Shown one piece after another: positions 46,440-60,096 of a DNA stretch of 64,000 nt. Where the stretch lies: NCBI RefSeq assembly GCF_009914755.1, contig NC_060939.1; one strand, 5' to 3'. The stretch's first letter is position 1; every line of letters starts with the position of its first letter. The notes under the pieces are model-generated. The model was not told the origin of the DNA, did not search any database, and saw nothing but the letters and a program-made list of their open reading frames with translations. A program made the position numbers and the translations under genes. The stretch is from the human T2T-CHM13v2.0 reference genome, Homo sapiens.

Positions 46440-47160
46440 TCTCCGTTTACCTCATCCCCCTCCACACATACACTCAGTCCATGAGCAATTCCGAACAAGC
46501 CTAATTCCACAACAAAACTGGATGTGGCTGCTTGGATCACCTCCGTCCAACCCACCATTATCTCCCTCTGACTATTTCAAGAGTCTCCCAATTGGTCCCC
46601 AGATCTATCTGCATAGGGCGACTAGGAGAATCTTATATTTCCTTACGTTAAAACCCATCAGCAGCTTTCCATTTGGAATAAAATCCTACCTCCTTGTCGG
46701 GGCTCATAGACCCTGCCTGATACAGCCCTACCACTCGGGCTCATGGTGTTCTCACCCACGCCACCCTCCTTTCTGTTCATCTGATCCACCCAAGGTCTTC
46801 TCCACCTCAGAGCCTTTGCGCTTGTTCCTCTGCCTGAAATGCTCTTCCTCCAGATCTTGAGCTCACTGATTTCTCCTTACCCCTCAGAGTTAGCTCGCAT
46901 GTCAGAGAGGCCTTCCTTGACACCATCTCTAGCAGCCAACCCCTTACTTGAGTGATTTCACATCTCCCTTTTTAAAACCCCATCAGATGTCTCCCAATCA
47001 GTAATTAACGCCTATTTGTCTGCTAGAATACCTGCTCTGTGACACCAGGGATGCCATATACCTTGTTCATTGCTGAATCCCCAGTACAAAAGCAAGTGCT
47101 AATTGTATGGGCTCAGTAAAGATTTGTTAAATGGAGAAGGGCAGGGGAATGAATGTTGTA
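46440..47160 (+). mobile_element. L2 relic
   Basis: cctcagagcctttgcgcttg...ctctgcctgaaatgctcttcc...gaggccttccttgacacc...ttcattgctgaatccccag...ctcagtaaagatttgttaaatg. Confidence 0.7.
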
Positions 47161-48290
47161 CATAAACACTGCATATATATTGGCTTTTTTCCAGTGTTCA
47201 ATTACTGTTGAACCTCCAGAGCTCCATATCTCGCCATGTTTTAATTATGGAAAACTGGTTGTATTTCCTCATCAATTTAATGTGGTTGCAGTTGACTTGT
47301 GAAAGCTCTATTTCTGATTATAAACCTGGGATCGTATGAAGTATCATTTTGAAATAGCTTACTTTCACCTTCTTTTTGCATGGGGAACTTTAGGGTCCAA
47401 TCTAACTCTAACCTAACCCATATATATGAGGCTGACTTTCAGCCAGAATACTGAATTACAATATTGAAAGACTTCTGCATGGTGGTAATCAGAGCCTGCC
47501 TGCTATTACTGTGAGACCTTTAGTGTCCTTCCCCACTTCGTTGGGAAGTCCCAGTGAGCACTGCAGGAGGTGGGCCAGGGTGTCAGGACTGGGTACTATC
47601 AGGAGGATGATACTAAGAAAGACACTGGGATCCCAGTGAGCAAACTCTTGATGCCTATCTGTGCCCATGCAGCCATGGCTGCCTCCTCACAGCCGCCCCC
47701 ATATGGCTGCTGCGGGGGAATGCGGTCTCCACAGTGTAACATTTTTAAGTAACCTCGCCAGCCATGTACCATTTGTGATTAATACTCTGATGTTACTTAG
47801 TCTTTTCCCCTGAATATTAAAATAAGATTTTAATACTTTCTCCATATAGTTACGTCATGCTTTCTTTAACTGATGTGTGGATAATCTCCCTCGAGAAGAG
47901 TTGAAGTTATCACACTGTAATTTTTATATGATCTTTACAGAGAATAATCTCATCACTATTATGTTTTTCAATACTGCAATAATATCTATAGTAATTATTT
48001 ACCTATTAGAGTACAGATAAACTTGGTTCTAAAAACCTAGTGGTTTATGTATATAAATGTTTAGGAACTTAGCCGTGATGGGTCAGCTGAGGATCAGCCT
48101 TGATGCTCACTTACCCCTCTGCTGTTTTGTTACATACTGGATGATGTTTGCTGTGGTTAACCTGAAGTCGTTTACTTCTCAACAAAATTATGTTGAGGGT
48201 GGGAGGTAGGGATTGATCTTTAATTTTCACTTATTTGGGCTGCATTGTTTTTTTTTTAACCTCTGTATTTCTGCTATCTTCAAATGACAG

Positions 48291-48507
48291 AGTACGTTTC
48301 CTGATGGGTGGACGTCATGGAGAGTTTAAGTTCCTGCCTCCCTCTGGCTATGCCCCTTGCTATGAAGCCTTACTTCCAAAAGAGAAGATGAGATTGGAGC
48401 CTGTCAAAGAATATAAACGTGATGCTGATGGCATTAGAGATCTCTTGGGTACCACCCAGTTCCTCTCCCAAGCCTCTTTCATCCCATGCCCCGTAGACAC
48501 CAGTCAG
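48291..48507 (+). CDS. RYR3: RYR3 coding exon (probably exon 20), 217 nt
   Basis: atgacag|AGTACG...AGTCAG|gtaggt; [44 protein letters not shown]...[10 protein letters not shown]; phase 2 to 0. Confidence 0.97.
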
Positions 48508-49476
48508 GTAGGTTCAAATTGCCCGCAGAAGGCAACCAATATAGATGAAGCAATAGAGTTAAATACTTCTTTCTTTCTTGTTTTTGAACCTTTCTTAATA
48601 TACATGCTCCAGAATTGTTGTATAATGTGAACAACTGTTACTCCTCACATTTTCACCATGTGTGTCAATTGGGTCTTTAAGGATTTCTCAATCAGTGAAC
48701 ATGTTGAGCACCTGCTACGTGTGTTATATTCTGTGAAGGATAGACAGAAATATTTATTGTCTGGGAATTCTCAACCAAGTTAAAGATGTAAGAAGCAAAT
48801 GTATTATTTTTTTAAAAGGCCAAATGTAATAAATGCAAAATGGACAGTATGCACCAGTAAATACTAGAGAAATCCTTTAGGCTAGAATGTTTCTAGAAGT
48901 CTGTGTGGTAAGGGTGGAATTCAGTTAGAGCCTTTAAAAAGCTTAAATGGGGAGGGAGGGTCTCCAGGGGTGATATAAAAGAAATGGTATAAATAAGGGC
49001 CTAGAAGTAAAAACACAAAGTAGAAGTATAGACAGGTGGCAATGCGTATTCTCATATGGCTGGGCTCTGGGAAGAGGGAGGAGCAAGTAGGAGAAGAGTT
49101 GGAAAATAAAAGGGAGAGAAATGGAATAGCGTGAAGGGCTTTGGAAATGCTGATAAATGGATATTTTCTTTCCCCTCCAGGGTCTGTAATTTGAGAGAGA
49201 CACATTCACGTGGTATTACAAGGGGCATGCAAGAGCTTTCAGCATTTTCTACACAGCAGGGCTATTTGAATCACTATTCTAGGTGTTATAGAAAATAAAT
49301 GAAAAGAGACCATGCCTCTAAGGCACTTGGGGTTAATCATTTCCCCAATATAGCTCTTTTAGCCTAGAGACTTTCTCTAGCATGCATTTTTCCCATAATA
49401 TTCGTATGACCCTATTACATTCATCCATGTGTATGTGTTCATGAGTCTGCTTCTTACCTCCTGTGGCTAATGACTA

Positions 49477-49834
49477 TGTATTAGTCCATTTTCATACTGC
49501 TATAAAGAACTACCTGAGACTGGGTAATTTATAAAGAAAAGAGGTTTAGTTGACTCACAGTTCTGCATGGCTGGGGAGGCCTCAGGAAACTTAAAATCAT
49601 GGCGGAAGGTGAAGGAGAAGCAAGCACATCTTCATAAGGCAGCAGGAGAGAGAGAGCGAATGGGAAGTGCCACACTTTTAAGCCATCAGATCTTATGAGA
49701 ACTCTATTATGAGGACAGCAAGGGGGAAGGCTGCCCCTATGATCAAATCACTTCCCAACAGGCCCTTCCCCCGACATGTGGGAATTACAATTCGAGATGA
49801 TATTTGGGTGGGGACACAGAGCCAAACTATATCA
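49477..49834 (-). mobile_element. THE1 (THE1D-like) MaLR LTR
   Basis: tgtattagtccattttcatactgctataaagaactacctgagactggg...ttgggtggggacacagagccaaactatatca. Confidence 0.88.
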
Positions 49835-49977
49835 CTTTTGATATCATTTCAGTATTTCTCTGCCTGCTTCACAGAGTACCTTAATGGGGAATGAGAATGT
49901 TGATAGGAAATTGAGAGGGGGTTGTGAGCTAGAGGTGATTCTAAGAATTAGATCATCTGGGTCCTGTATATTCTAGA

Positions 49978-50470
49978 TGTCAGGGAGGAAAAACTTTTCT
50001 TCTACCCTCCTAGGTTCTGTTTTTGGGGTCCTGTGAATTAAGCTCATATGGACAGATTAGCAAGAGAAAAAAACATTTTAATCACCTGGTATGGAGTTCA
50101 CAAAGGAATGTGGCTCAGGGAGGAAGTTAGAATTTGGAGCTTATATACCATCTTAATAGGGAAAGGAGAAGGGGAGAAGGGCACTTCTGGGAAAATAAGT
50201 GTCTTTGGTGAAAAATAAATGATTCCTAAGGAGAACAGATAGGAGATACGATAGTTCTGTGATAGAGCCTGTTTAGGTGTGATGCTGACCTTTCTCTGGT
50301 GGTAGAAGTCAATCTCCCCTGGGAAAAAAATTGTTGAATTCTTTTGGGGGGCTCTTTTTTTAGGCAGATAAGAGGAGTCCAGAAAAAGCCCCATCCTGTA
50401 TCATTTGTTTTTCAAAGTCTTCAGCTCAAAATAATCCTTATACCACTGTGGCATTTTCTGGACTCCTTCA
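49978..50470 (-). mobile_element. Solo ERV1 LTR (MER34/MER39-like)
   Basis: TG...CA termini; 4-bp TSD TAGA (49974-49977, 50471-50474); minus strand begins tgaaggagtccagaaaatgccac...taaggattattttgagctgaag. Confidence 0.75.
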
Positions 50471-50684
50471 TAGACAAGAAGCTTGAAGGCCAAGGCCTGA
50501 AGGAGCTTATCCATGGATGCAGGGCTGCTGGTGCCCAAGCAGGCAGAGAGTAGAAGCATGAGTGTGACTCCTGTCTGGGCTGCCTCTCCTGACTTAAGTA
50601 ATCAGAAACATGTGTGTTAGATAGGGTTTTCTAGAAGATGCTGGCCTCAACAAGGGTTCCAAAGAATGAGGTAAAGTTTTGATT

Positions 50685-51588
50685 GGGAAGACTTGTTGAA
50701 TGGCTTTGACCAAAGTGCTGATAGTTATATAGACAATAAGGTCCAGTCTGAGGTGGCCTCAGATGGAGATAGAGGAACTTGTTGGGAACTGTAGTAAAGG
50801 TCGCTCCTCCTATGCAAAGAGACTGGCGGCATTTTGGAACTTTGAATTTGAGAGAGATGATTTAGGGTATCTGGGGGAAGAAATTTCTAAGCAGCAAAGC
50901 ATTCAAGAGGAAGCAGAGCGTAAAAGTTTGAAAAATTTGTAGCCTAACGATGCAATAGAAAAGAAAAACCCGTTTTCTGGGAGAAATTCAAGCCCACTGC
51001 AGAAATTTGCATATATAACAAGGAGCCGAATGTTAATCACCAAGGCAATGGGGAAAATGTCTCCAAGGCATGTCATTGACCTTTGCAGTAGCCCCTCCCA
51101 GAGGCCTAGAAGGAAAAAATGATTTTCTGGGCTGGGCCCAGGGCCCCCTTGCTTTGTGCAGCCTAGGAACTTGGTGCCCTGTGACCCAGCCACTTCACTC
51201 CAGCTATGGCTAAAAGGGGCCAAGGTACAGCTCAGGCCATGGCTTCAGAGGGTGCAAGCCCCAGGCCTTGGTAGCTTCCACGTGGTGTTGAGCCTGTGAG
51301 TGCACAGAAGTCAAGAATTGAGGTTTGGGAACCTCTACCTAGATTTCAGAGGATGTATGGAAACACCTGGATGTCCAAGCAGAAGTTTGCTAAACGGGTG
51401 GGGTCCTCATGGAGAACTTCTACTAGGGTGGTGTGGAAGGAAAATGTGGGATTGAAGCCCCCACACAGAGTCCTCACTGGGACACTGCCTAGTGGAGCTG
51501 TGAGAAGAGGGCCACCATCCTCTGGACTCTAGAATAGTAGATCCACCAGCAGCTTGCACCATGCACCTGGAAAAGCCATAGACACTCG
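50685..51588 (+). mobile_element. THE1/MST internal (MaLR-int) fragment without LTRs
   Basis: ttgaatggctttgaccaaa...gaaatttctaagcagcaaagcattcaagag...aagtcaagaattgaggtttgggaacc...cagcttgcaccatgcacctggaaaagcc. Confidence 0.85.
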
Positions 51589-51859
51589 AGCATGCAGGTC
51601 CTCCTGAAATGGATGGTTAGTTCTCAGCTCCAGCTGACAGACACCAGGCAAAAGTGTGGGTCCCGTGTTAGCCATCTTCTAAGTTGTCAAAAGAAATGAG
51701 AAATCTGGAATTTTATATGAAGTCTCCCATTTCTTAGGGATTGTCAACCAATAAACATGAAAATAATAATAATAAAAAATCTGAGAGGAAACAAAACTTA
51801 GGCTCCCAGTTTGTGACCCCTGTGGCGAGATAGGAGCAAAACACCAGGAAAATACAGAG

Positions 51860-52700
51860 GAACTCTCCCTTTAGGTAATCAGGGGAGACTTCTCAAAGGT
51901 GATGACATTTGAACTAAATGCAGGAGGATAAACGTTGAAGGTATTTGCCAGGTGCTGAGGAAGGTGGGTGTGTGGTGGAGGGTGTGTGTGATGTATATGG
52001 TGGGGAGTATTAATAAGGGTTAAGGTTGCATATGCAAGGGCACAGAACTGTGAAACAGTGTGGTCTTTTGGGAGAATTTCAAGAAGTTTGAAAAGGATGT
52101 GTTTGTAGAGACAGTGATGAGAACTAAAGAAGAGCACTGTGTATGTGGTTAATACATCTAGTCTTAGTGTCAAGGAACACTTGGGTGACACTAGAGAGTG
52201 TTTTGACATGATTTTTTGTTGTAGACTTGTCCCACTGGTTGCAGTGTAGAGGATAGATCAGTGGAGAGCTGGGGAGGCCAGTTATAAGGCTCTTGGAATG
52301 GTCCAGGGAGAAAATAATGAGGTTGAGTAATGGAGAGAAGGGAATCCCTCAGAAGGACACTTAGGAAATGAACATGGTAGGTTTCATGACTGATTAGATG
52401 GGGGAGTAGTGCCAGGGGAAGGATAATAGGATGACTTCCAGGCTTAAAGAGGTAGTGGGGCCATGCAACAAAAAGCAAAAATAAAAACAGGAGGAGAAAA
52501 AAGATTTTGAAGGAAAAATAATGAATTCAGCTTTGGGTAACATATTGAGCTCACTTTAATGGAAAAATCCTGTAGGCAGCTGGAACCATGAGTCTAAACT
52601 TCAAAAGAGACCATGGTTAGAAATGGCCTGACTTGGGAGTGATCATCTACTGGGTGAGAGAACATGTAGAGAGGAAATAGGGTGAGGCAAGTATTCACAT
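51860..52700 (-). mobile_element. L2 relic(s)
   Basis: ggagacttctcaaaggtgatgacatttgaacta...gaggccagttataaggct...gtccagggag...atgaattcagctttggg, typical reverse L2 pattern. Confidence 0.55.
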
Positions 52701-52953
52701 GTGAAGAACATTCAACACATACACCTACAGAAAAGACTAAGAGGCAATGGTCAGAGAGACAACAAGGAGCAGAGAGGAAGCCAAGAAAGGAAGAGGGAGG
52801 AGGGCTGGGGAGCATGTGGGTCAGGCAGCATGAGGTCGGATACTGCAGCTCCTCCTGGGTGATGTGCCAATTCAAGTGGGGTGCCCAGCTCCTATAGATT
52901 TTATGATAGGTTTCAAAACAATCGATTCTTTTCACTTGCTCCTTTTCCTTTAG

Positions 52954-53058
52954 GTTATTTTGCCACCTCACCTAGAAAAGATCCGAGACAGACTAGCTGA
53001 AAACATCCATGAGCTTTGGGGAATGAATAAAATAGAACTTGGCTGGACTTTCGGCAAG
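52954..53058 (+). CDS. RYR3: RYR3 coding exon (probably exon 21), 105 nt, RyR repeat 1
   Basis: ttcctttag|GTTATT...GGCAAG|gtatgt; [35 protein letters not shown]; phase 0 to 0. Confidence 0.96.
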
Positions 53059-53751
53059 GTATGTGTCTCAGGGCCAGGTTAGGGTGGAGGGTGGGATTGC
53101 CTTGTTGCCTGGAACTGTTCTTCCTGCTGCATGCCTAGTTTTCATTGCATTCACTAGTTAGGAACACTGAGGAGACCAGGTCTTCACAGACAGAACCAGA
53201 AGTGTCTCCCCTTTCTTAATCCCAAATACTGGTTTATTTTATTCGGGATATAGCACTGTTTCTCAGCACTTGCTTCAGAATACTCACATCTCTCCTTCAG
53301 AAAAAAAGTTGTCATCTCTGTATGGGTAGTGAAAAGTGGCTGATTCATTGTTTTGAATCAGAACTTGTTTAATATGGTTTTCAGATGTGTCACTAAGATT
53401 AATGGACACTCAGAGGAGGATAGGGAATCTTTCATTAGAAATCATTTTTCAGAGAGAATGTAAATTGACTGTGTTCCATGATTTGTGTAAGGTCATGTCT
53501 GAAGGCAGAAGGATAGGTGAGTTCTGAAGCTTCCTATAACGCCAACTCTCTCAAATGACACACATTCTAGCTGAGTTACTGACAGGGTCTCTGCACTCCC
53601 ACACTTGTGTATTTATATAGCTACCATAAAATATTTTCACATGAGGATGGCTTCACCATTGAACTCCTAATATCTAGCTCAGGGTCTGTCGTGTAGTACA
53701 GGCATTCAACAAATGTTTGTTGAAAGAATGAATTACTTAATGTCTAGAAGT

Positions 53752-54058
53752 GTACTGTCTAATACAAAGCCCCGAGTCACATGTACTTGAAGTGTGACTA
53801 GTTTGGATTGAGATGTACTAAAAGTGTAAAATAGTCACCAGATTTTGAAGATTAGTGTGGGGGAAAAAGTAAAATATCTCATAAATAATTTCTTATATTG
53901 ATTACTTGTTAAAATGATTATTTTGCATTTATTAGGTTAAACAAAACACATTAATTTCAACTTTTCTTTTTGATTTTCTAATGTGGCTACTAGAAAATTT
54001 GAAATTACAAATGTGCTTCACGTTTGTGGCTGACTTTTGGTTCTACTGCACAACACTG
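53752..54058. mobile_element. MER33-like hAT-Charlie MITE
   Basis: cacatgtacttgaagtgtgactagt...accagattttgaagattagt...aatgtggctactagaaaattt...caacactg. Confidence 0.7.
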
Positions 54059-54422
54059 GTCCAGATTCTGTAGCCTGTCCTATGCTGAAGAATGTTCCTC
54101 TTCAGAAACGTTATGGTTACATGAATTTTGGAGGAACAAGAGCATGGCTGCCACATGTAGCACTGCTTCTTTCGGAAAGTATGTTCAAAATGCAGATGCC
54201 TGTCTAGAAATAAATCCACGGAGCACAAACCACTGGCAACTTGGAGACTGTGTGTCTCATTGACTAGAGAGATCATCTGTTTGCCGAATAGCAAGTTGCT
54301 GTCTTTCTCTTGCCTGATATGGATTGCCTGGGCCATGTTTCAAAGTATGTTCTGTTCTGTTTTCCCATGCAGTGCCAGCTGGTCAAAACTTAAATCACAT
54401 TCTTTCTTATGTCACCACCTAG

Positions 54423-54526
54423 ATACGAGATGACAATAAAAGACAACACCCTTGCCTTGTGGAGTTTTCAAAGCTCCCAGAAACTGAGAAGAACTATAAC
54501 CTGCAAATGTCAACTGAAACCTTAAA
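54423..54526 (+). CDS. RYR3: RYR3 coding exon (probably exon 22), 104 nt, RyR repeat 1
   Basis: ccacctag|ATACGA...TTAAA|gtgagt; [34 protein letters not shown](K); phase 0 to 2. Confidence 0.96.
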
Positions 54527-55365
54527 GTGAGTATTTAATTGAGCTGAAGTTTTACAAACAATGAATAGATGATTTAATGCATTATAACTAAACTGCAAAG
54601 ATATGTCTCTTGCCTGAAAACGTGGCACATTCTGATAAATTAGAGGAGATGATGATGAATCATGTCACAAGAGGATTTAGCATAACCATCCACCATTATT
54701 ATTGACTATATTTCTTAAACCATTTGCTATTTGCTAGGGGCAGGGAAAAAGTAAGAGGCAGAAAAGAAACTTAGAATCAAAGGACCAAGTACCTCCTGCA
54801 GTTCACATTAAATAAAGGAAAAAAAATGAAGCATTTCTAAAACCCGTTGGGAAACCTGATCTGATACACTAAAATTCAATTTTAAAATAATTTTCGCTTC
54901 TCCGTGATGCTACCCATGGGCCTAATTTAGACTTTAACTTCTCTAGCCTAAATTGTTATCTCCCATTTTGAATTCTTTGGGGGCTTGTTACCTGTTCTCT
55001 TGTCTTTGTATTTCCCTGTTCTCTAGTTGTCACTGCAGAACATTTTAACTTTGTGGTTTTGTTGGCATAACGATGCTCCGTAAGGTCCCTTGTCCCACAG
55101 GCTTACATGGGATACCTTCAATTACACTGGCACCTCTTGAGGGTATGGCTTTGTACTTCATGGTTTTAAGCACAGCTCATGCCCTTACAGGCATCATGCA
55201 GTAAATATTTGCTGACCTGTGGGCTGGATATTAGAATTCTATCTGTTCCATGGAATTAGAAGAGGCATATAATTGTAATGCAAATTTATAAAATAGAAAA
55301 ATGTCTCCAAGAGGGGCAATTAACAAATTTCTCTTCTGTAATCTTATGCTTGCTATCATCTAAAT

Positions 55366-55585
55366 CGGGAGTTGACAAATTATGGCCCATGGGACAATCA
55401 GACCAGCTACCTATTTTTGTAAATAGATTGTTATTGTAACAGAGTCAAGCTCATTGGTTTTCATATTGCCTATGGCTGGCTTTGCTCTGTAATCACAGAG
55501 TTGTAGCTGTGACAGAGACATATGGCTCACAAAGCCTAAGGCATTTACTCTGTGGCCCCTTACAGAAAAAGTCTACTGACCCCTG
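55366..55585. mobile_element. MER58A-like hAT-Charlie MITE
   Basis: cgggagttgacaaattatggccc...ttacagaaaaagtctactgacccctg; degenerate 8-bp TSD atctaaat / ggctaaat. Confidence 0.8.
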
Positions 55586-55692
55586 GGCTAAATGAATGGC
55601 TCTTGTCTGTTTTCAACTCGGATGTGAATTAGGGTTCCTGCTGTTCCTAACACTGCAGTTAACCTTAGTCTTCTCCTTCTGTTGTGTCACAG

Positions 55693-55776
55693 AACCCTCT
55701 TGGCCCTGGGGTGCCACATTGCTCATGTTAACCCAGCTGCTGAGGAGGATCTCAAGAAGGTCAAACTGCCCAAAAA
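55693..55776 (+). CDS. RYR3: RYR3 coding exon (probably exon 23), 84 nt
   Basis: gtcacag|AACCCTC...CAAAAA|gtaggt; TLLALGCHIAHVNPAAEEDLKKVKLPK(N); phase 2 to 2. Confidence 0.95.
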
Positions 55777-57431
55777 GTAGGTGATTTTTTTTTTAATGGT
55801 TCAAGACTTTAATGCTTCAGCCTGGATTTTTAATCCAGGAGGGTGGTACCAAGACAGACAACAGCCCACATAGTTGCTAGCACCAGCTCAGAAGGGCTCC
55901 CCTGTTTCCTAGATGACACTGAAGCCCTCAGATAGAAGCCTGGTGAAGAAGTATTTCAGGGTTTTCCCTCTCTTTGCCCCTTCCACCTGGACCTCACACT
56001 AATATTGTTAGTTTTGAGCCAGGAGGTCAGATGGATGCACTGTCTTTGATCTATAAGAATAGCATTCAGCACAAAAGCTGAAAAGTGGTTCCCAGCCATG
56101 ACAGAGAGTCACTCCTCTGGCATTGGACCAGCCTTGTAAGTCCTTTGTGGAAGGGGTATCTCTGCCACCATTCGTTTGACCTCCTATATCTGCCTGTGTC
56201 CTGCTCTGCCTCTCTCCCACTACATTCAGACACAGTTGCACATTTCTTGTCCTTGCACATTCAAATGCTTGCTCAGCGGCACATCCACTGGCCCCCTTGC
56301 TTGTTTGCTCTCATGCATGCCAGCAGATATGCAGATGGATTCACACACAGGTGTCATCATTACTTAGGAGCCAAGCAGTGCCAGCTTTAATCAAACGTTT
56401 ATCTTCCCCCTTCTTTCCTCTTAAACTTCCAAGATCCACTCTCACACACGCAACTCCTAGTACCAAGAAAAGCACATCTGACAGGCTGCAGTGGAGGAAC
56501 AGGCTGCTGGCCAGAGCTGCTGAGGTCAGGACACAACAGTCAGTGCATCCTGACTCTGCCCAAGGGCAGCATCCTGAAAAGGTGGATGCAGAACTTTATC
56601 TTATACCTACCTACAATAGACCCTGCATCTCATGTTGCTCAGAGGTCCTGGATGGATTGAGCCCTGGTCTGTGGTTCATCACTGTTGGATTCTGGCCCTG
56701 GCCTAGGCAGTCAATGGCCCTAGGGCCATAGATACCTTTAAACTCATATTCCCACATGGCCATGACAATCTGCTTTCCTAAGGTTTCACTCCGCAGTGTG
56801 CCCTAGTCTTCTGCATTTACACGATGTGTCTACATAGAGCTCTTCCACTTCTTCCCATTATCAGTCAACTTACAGACATTTGAGGCTGTAACTCTTGGAC
56901 TGGACAGCTAACTGCTAAGATCACTTTAAGTTCAAAAATACTCTGACATCATTCTTTTTTTAATTCCAAAAGTAAAAGTTTAGCCTTTACTTTTTGACTG
57001 AGTGATTATTCTGTGCTGATTTATAAGGAGACATTTGACTCAAGGTCTTGTTCTTGCCAATCTGGTTTTGACTTTTTGTGTTTTTGTAGTGGGATGACAG
57101 GCTTCTGGTAATGTTGCAGCATGCTGAACGTGCCCATTATTTCTAGAGAACAGAAGTAGTTTTAGTAGAAATAAAGATGGTTTGTATTGACCATCTGCTT
57201 TTTTCAAGTCTTCTTTGAAATACGTTACATATGTTGGGAAGAAGGATGGTAGATTGGGGGCTTCATCTATAGACTTGAAACAGAGCTGAGCTATTTGTTC
57301 AGCCAAAGAGTGGGACCTGTGACTGTAGCCTTATTTGCGTAGCGTTCTTACCATGTGCTCTTGGTCTAAAATCCGGAATGAGAAACTCATGGAGATCTGT
57401 TAAAAATGTATACTTTTACATTTACTTGTAG

Positions 57432-57591
57432 CTATATGATGTCCAACGGCTATAAGCCAGCCCCTTTGGATTTGTCTGATGTGAAGCTGTTACCTCCTCA
57501 AGAAATTTTAGTGGATAAGCTTGCAGAAAATGCACACAATGTTTGGGCAAAAGACAGAATAAAACAAGGATGGACCTATGGCATCCAACAG
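57432..57591 (+). CDS. RYR3: RYR3 coding exon (probably exon 24), 160 nt, RyR repeat 2
   Basis: acttgtag|CTATATG...CAACAG|gtaaga; [53 protein letters not shown]; phase 2 to 0. Confidence 0.97.
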
Positions 57592-58487
57592 GTAAGAAAT
57601 TCTGGGTCAGGCATGCTGGAAAACTTAGAAGATATGATCATCCACGTGCCGTTTTGCTTTGGTGTGTGTTAGATCAGAAGGAAGAGTTTGCCTTTGCACT
57701 CTATCCCTCACACCTCAGTGTGTTCATTATTTATGGAATCATGGGGCTGGACAGAATTTGTAATAGTCACTTCATAGCTCAGCAGTATTTCTGGGATAGT
57801 CCCACGTATCTACTGGTGAGGATGAAATGGAGGGGAAGCTAGCCCAGCACAGCAGCAAACCAGCCTGCCCAAAAGCTTTTGCCTCCTTACTTCAGTCCAT
57901 TGGGCCAACGATTTCTGGGCAGAGGTCTTGGCCTGAGCAGGAGGCAGCTTGAAACCCAGAGCACAGCTAGAAATTAGAAAGAGTTTAGTCCCAAACCACC
58001 TGGCACACCTCTTTCCTTGAGATGGTTTCTCTCATCTTAGTAATCACCAATGGTAGGGTTAGTATCAGGGACGTTCAGGAGTGGCTATGTGCACATTAGT
58101 TAATTCATACCGGAGCCACACATCTGGAAGCCAGGAAGAACACAACTGTGCAAACTATGGGGGGAGGAGGAGCAGCGGAGTAAAGAGGTTCAAAACAGCA
58201 TGTTATACATATGAGTTTGGGTGACTTATCACTACAATTGTCCCTATTGTCTTCTTAGTCCCTCCTAAGGAACCGAGAGGGACATTACTACAAATGTGTG
58301 TCCTCTGCCATGAAATGAACACACTGTGGCTCTGCCACCTTTTCCGATGTTTCTCCATGAAGGCTGTTAAGCTGTCATGAGGAGGCTATAGCAACTTAAA
58401 TCATGACATGATCTTCCATAGGGAAATCATTATACAAATCTCCAGCTGCTTTGCCTTGGGAATGGAGGTTTCTAACCAATTCTGTGA

Positions 58488-58864
<377 letters not shown>

Positions 58865-59068
58865 TAGTAAAATGTTTCCATTTATACTCATTTAATCTGG
58901 AGGAGAAGTGGCAATATGTACATTGCTAAATGTGAAGGCACTGAGGGAAGGGCTAATAGACCTAGAGCGACCAGAAAGCCAGGACTGTTGCTGGGAATAT
59001 GTGAATAGGGTGAGCTGTGGTGAAGGTGAAATGTTTTCTTGGCACCTTTTTTCTCTGGCGTCACATAG

Positions 59069-59216
59069 GATTTGAAGAACAAAAGAAATCCCCGTCTGGT
59101 GCCATATGCATTACTGGATGAGCGTACCAAGAAGTCAAACAGGGACAGCCTGCGGGAAGCTGTGCGCACTTTTGTTGGTTACGGGTATAACATTGAGCCA
59201 TCAGACCAAGAACTAG
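59069..59216 (+). CDS. RYR3: RYR3 coding exon (probably exon 25), 148 nt, RyR repeat 2
   Basis: cacatag|GATTTG...CTAG|gtaatg; [49 protein letters not shown](A); phase 0 to 1. Confidence 0.97.
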
Positions 59217-59689
59217 GTAATGAGTTGAGAGTGTTTATTCTGGCCCCAGTTTACTAAACAGGTCCTCTTCTTGGGGCATCCTAACTTCAAATAGGTCTAA
59301 CTTGTACTATTGGAAATAGTATTGGGGCTGAAGAGCACTAGACTAAATGGTGTGATTTTTTTTATTGTTATCGGGGAGACCATGTTTGATATAAACCATC
59401 ATCCCATTGACAGATTTTCTGCAATGAACACTTCTATGACTTATTCCCACAACGAATAGGTTATCTTCTAGGGTAGCTGAGCTTTTCAGAATACCTGATC
59501 AAAAACCAAGTCACTGTTTTTTTATCTTACTTGCCAAATGTGTGAATATCAGCTTACTTTTAGATCAGGTAATCACATCTCCAAATTAAAAGCTTGTTCA
59601 GATTAAAATCTGAACAACAGCTTAAAATTGATGAGCCTGTTATTGTCATCCCATGCCCCAGGAGGCACAGTAGGCCACAGGGGCAGAAT

Positions 59690-59925
59690 TGTAAGTCATT
59701 AAGGGGATGGTTTTGAAGTCCAATCTGGGTTTATACCTTTGCTCCTCTGTTCATGGGCTCTGTGATGTTGAATAAATGATTTTACCTCTTTGAGCCTGAA
59801 TTTCTTCATCAGTAAAATGAGGACAATATTAGCTACCTCATAGGATTATTGTGAGGGAAAACTGAGAAGTGGTCTCTAAAGGATCTACTATGAAGCAATC
59901 CCTCAGTCAGTGGTAGCTTGTATGG
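59690..59925 (+). mobile_element. MIR SINE relic
   Basis: tttacctctttgagcctgaatttcttcatcagtaaaatgaggacaat...ctacctcataggattattgtgagg. Confidence 0.75.
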
Positions 59926-60096
59926 TGATGATGATGACGATCATCATGAACAGAATGCCATATTGGATAGTAGTCGACCTATGGTCAGTCTTAGATGTTC
60001 TCATCAAATTCTTTTGAGTAGTGCTACCTAATTATTGAAGGTCTACGTTCTCTCTTTCCCTTCCACACCCTCTGTTCGCCTTTCTTCTCACAATAG

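Noticed and set aside
50903-51532. ORFs within the MaLR internal fragment
   Set aside because: Decayed THE1/MST-int reading frames in a truncated copy.
56297-56731. 144-aa ORF in an intron
   Set aside because: Non-ATG start, no recognisable domain and no splice context linking it to the RYR3 frame.
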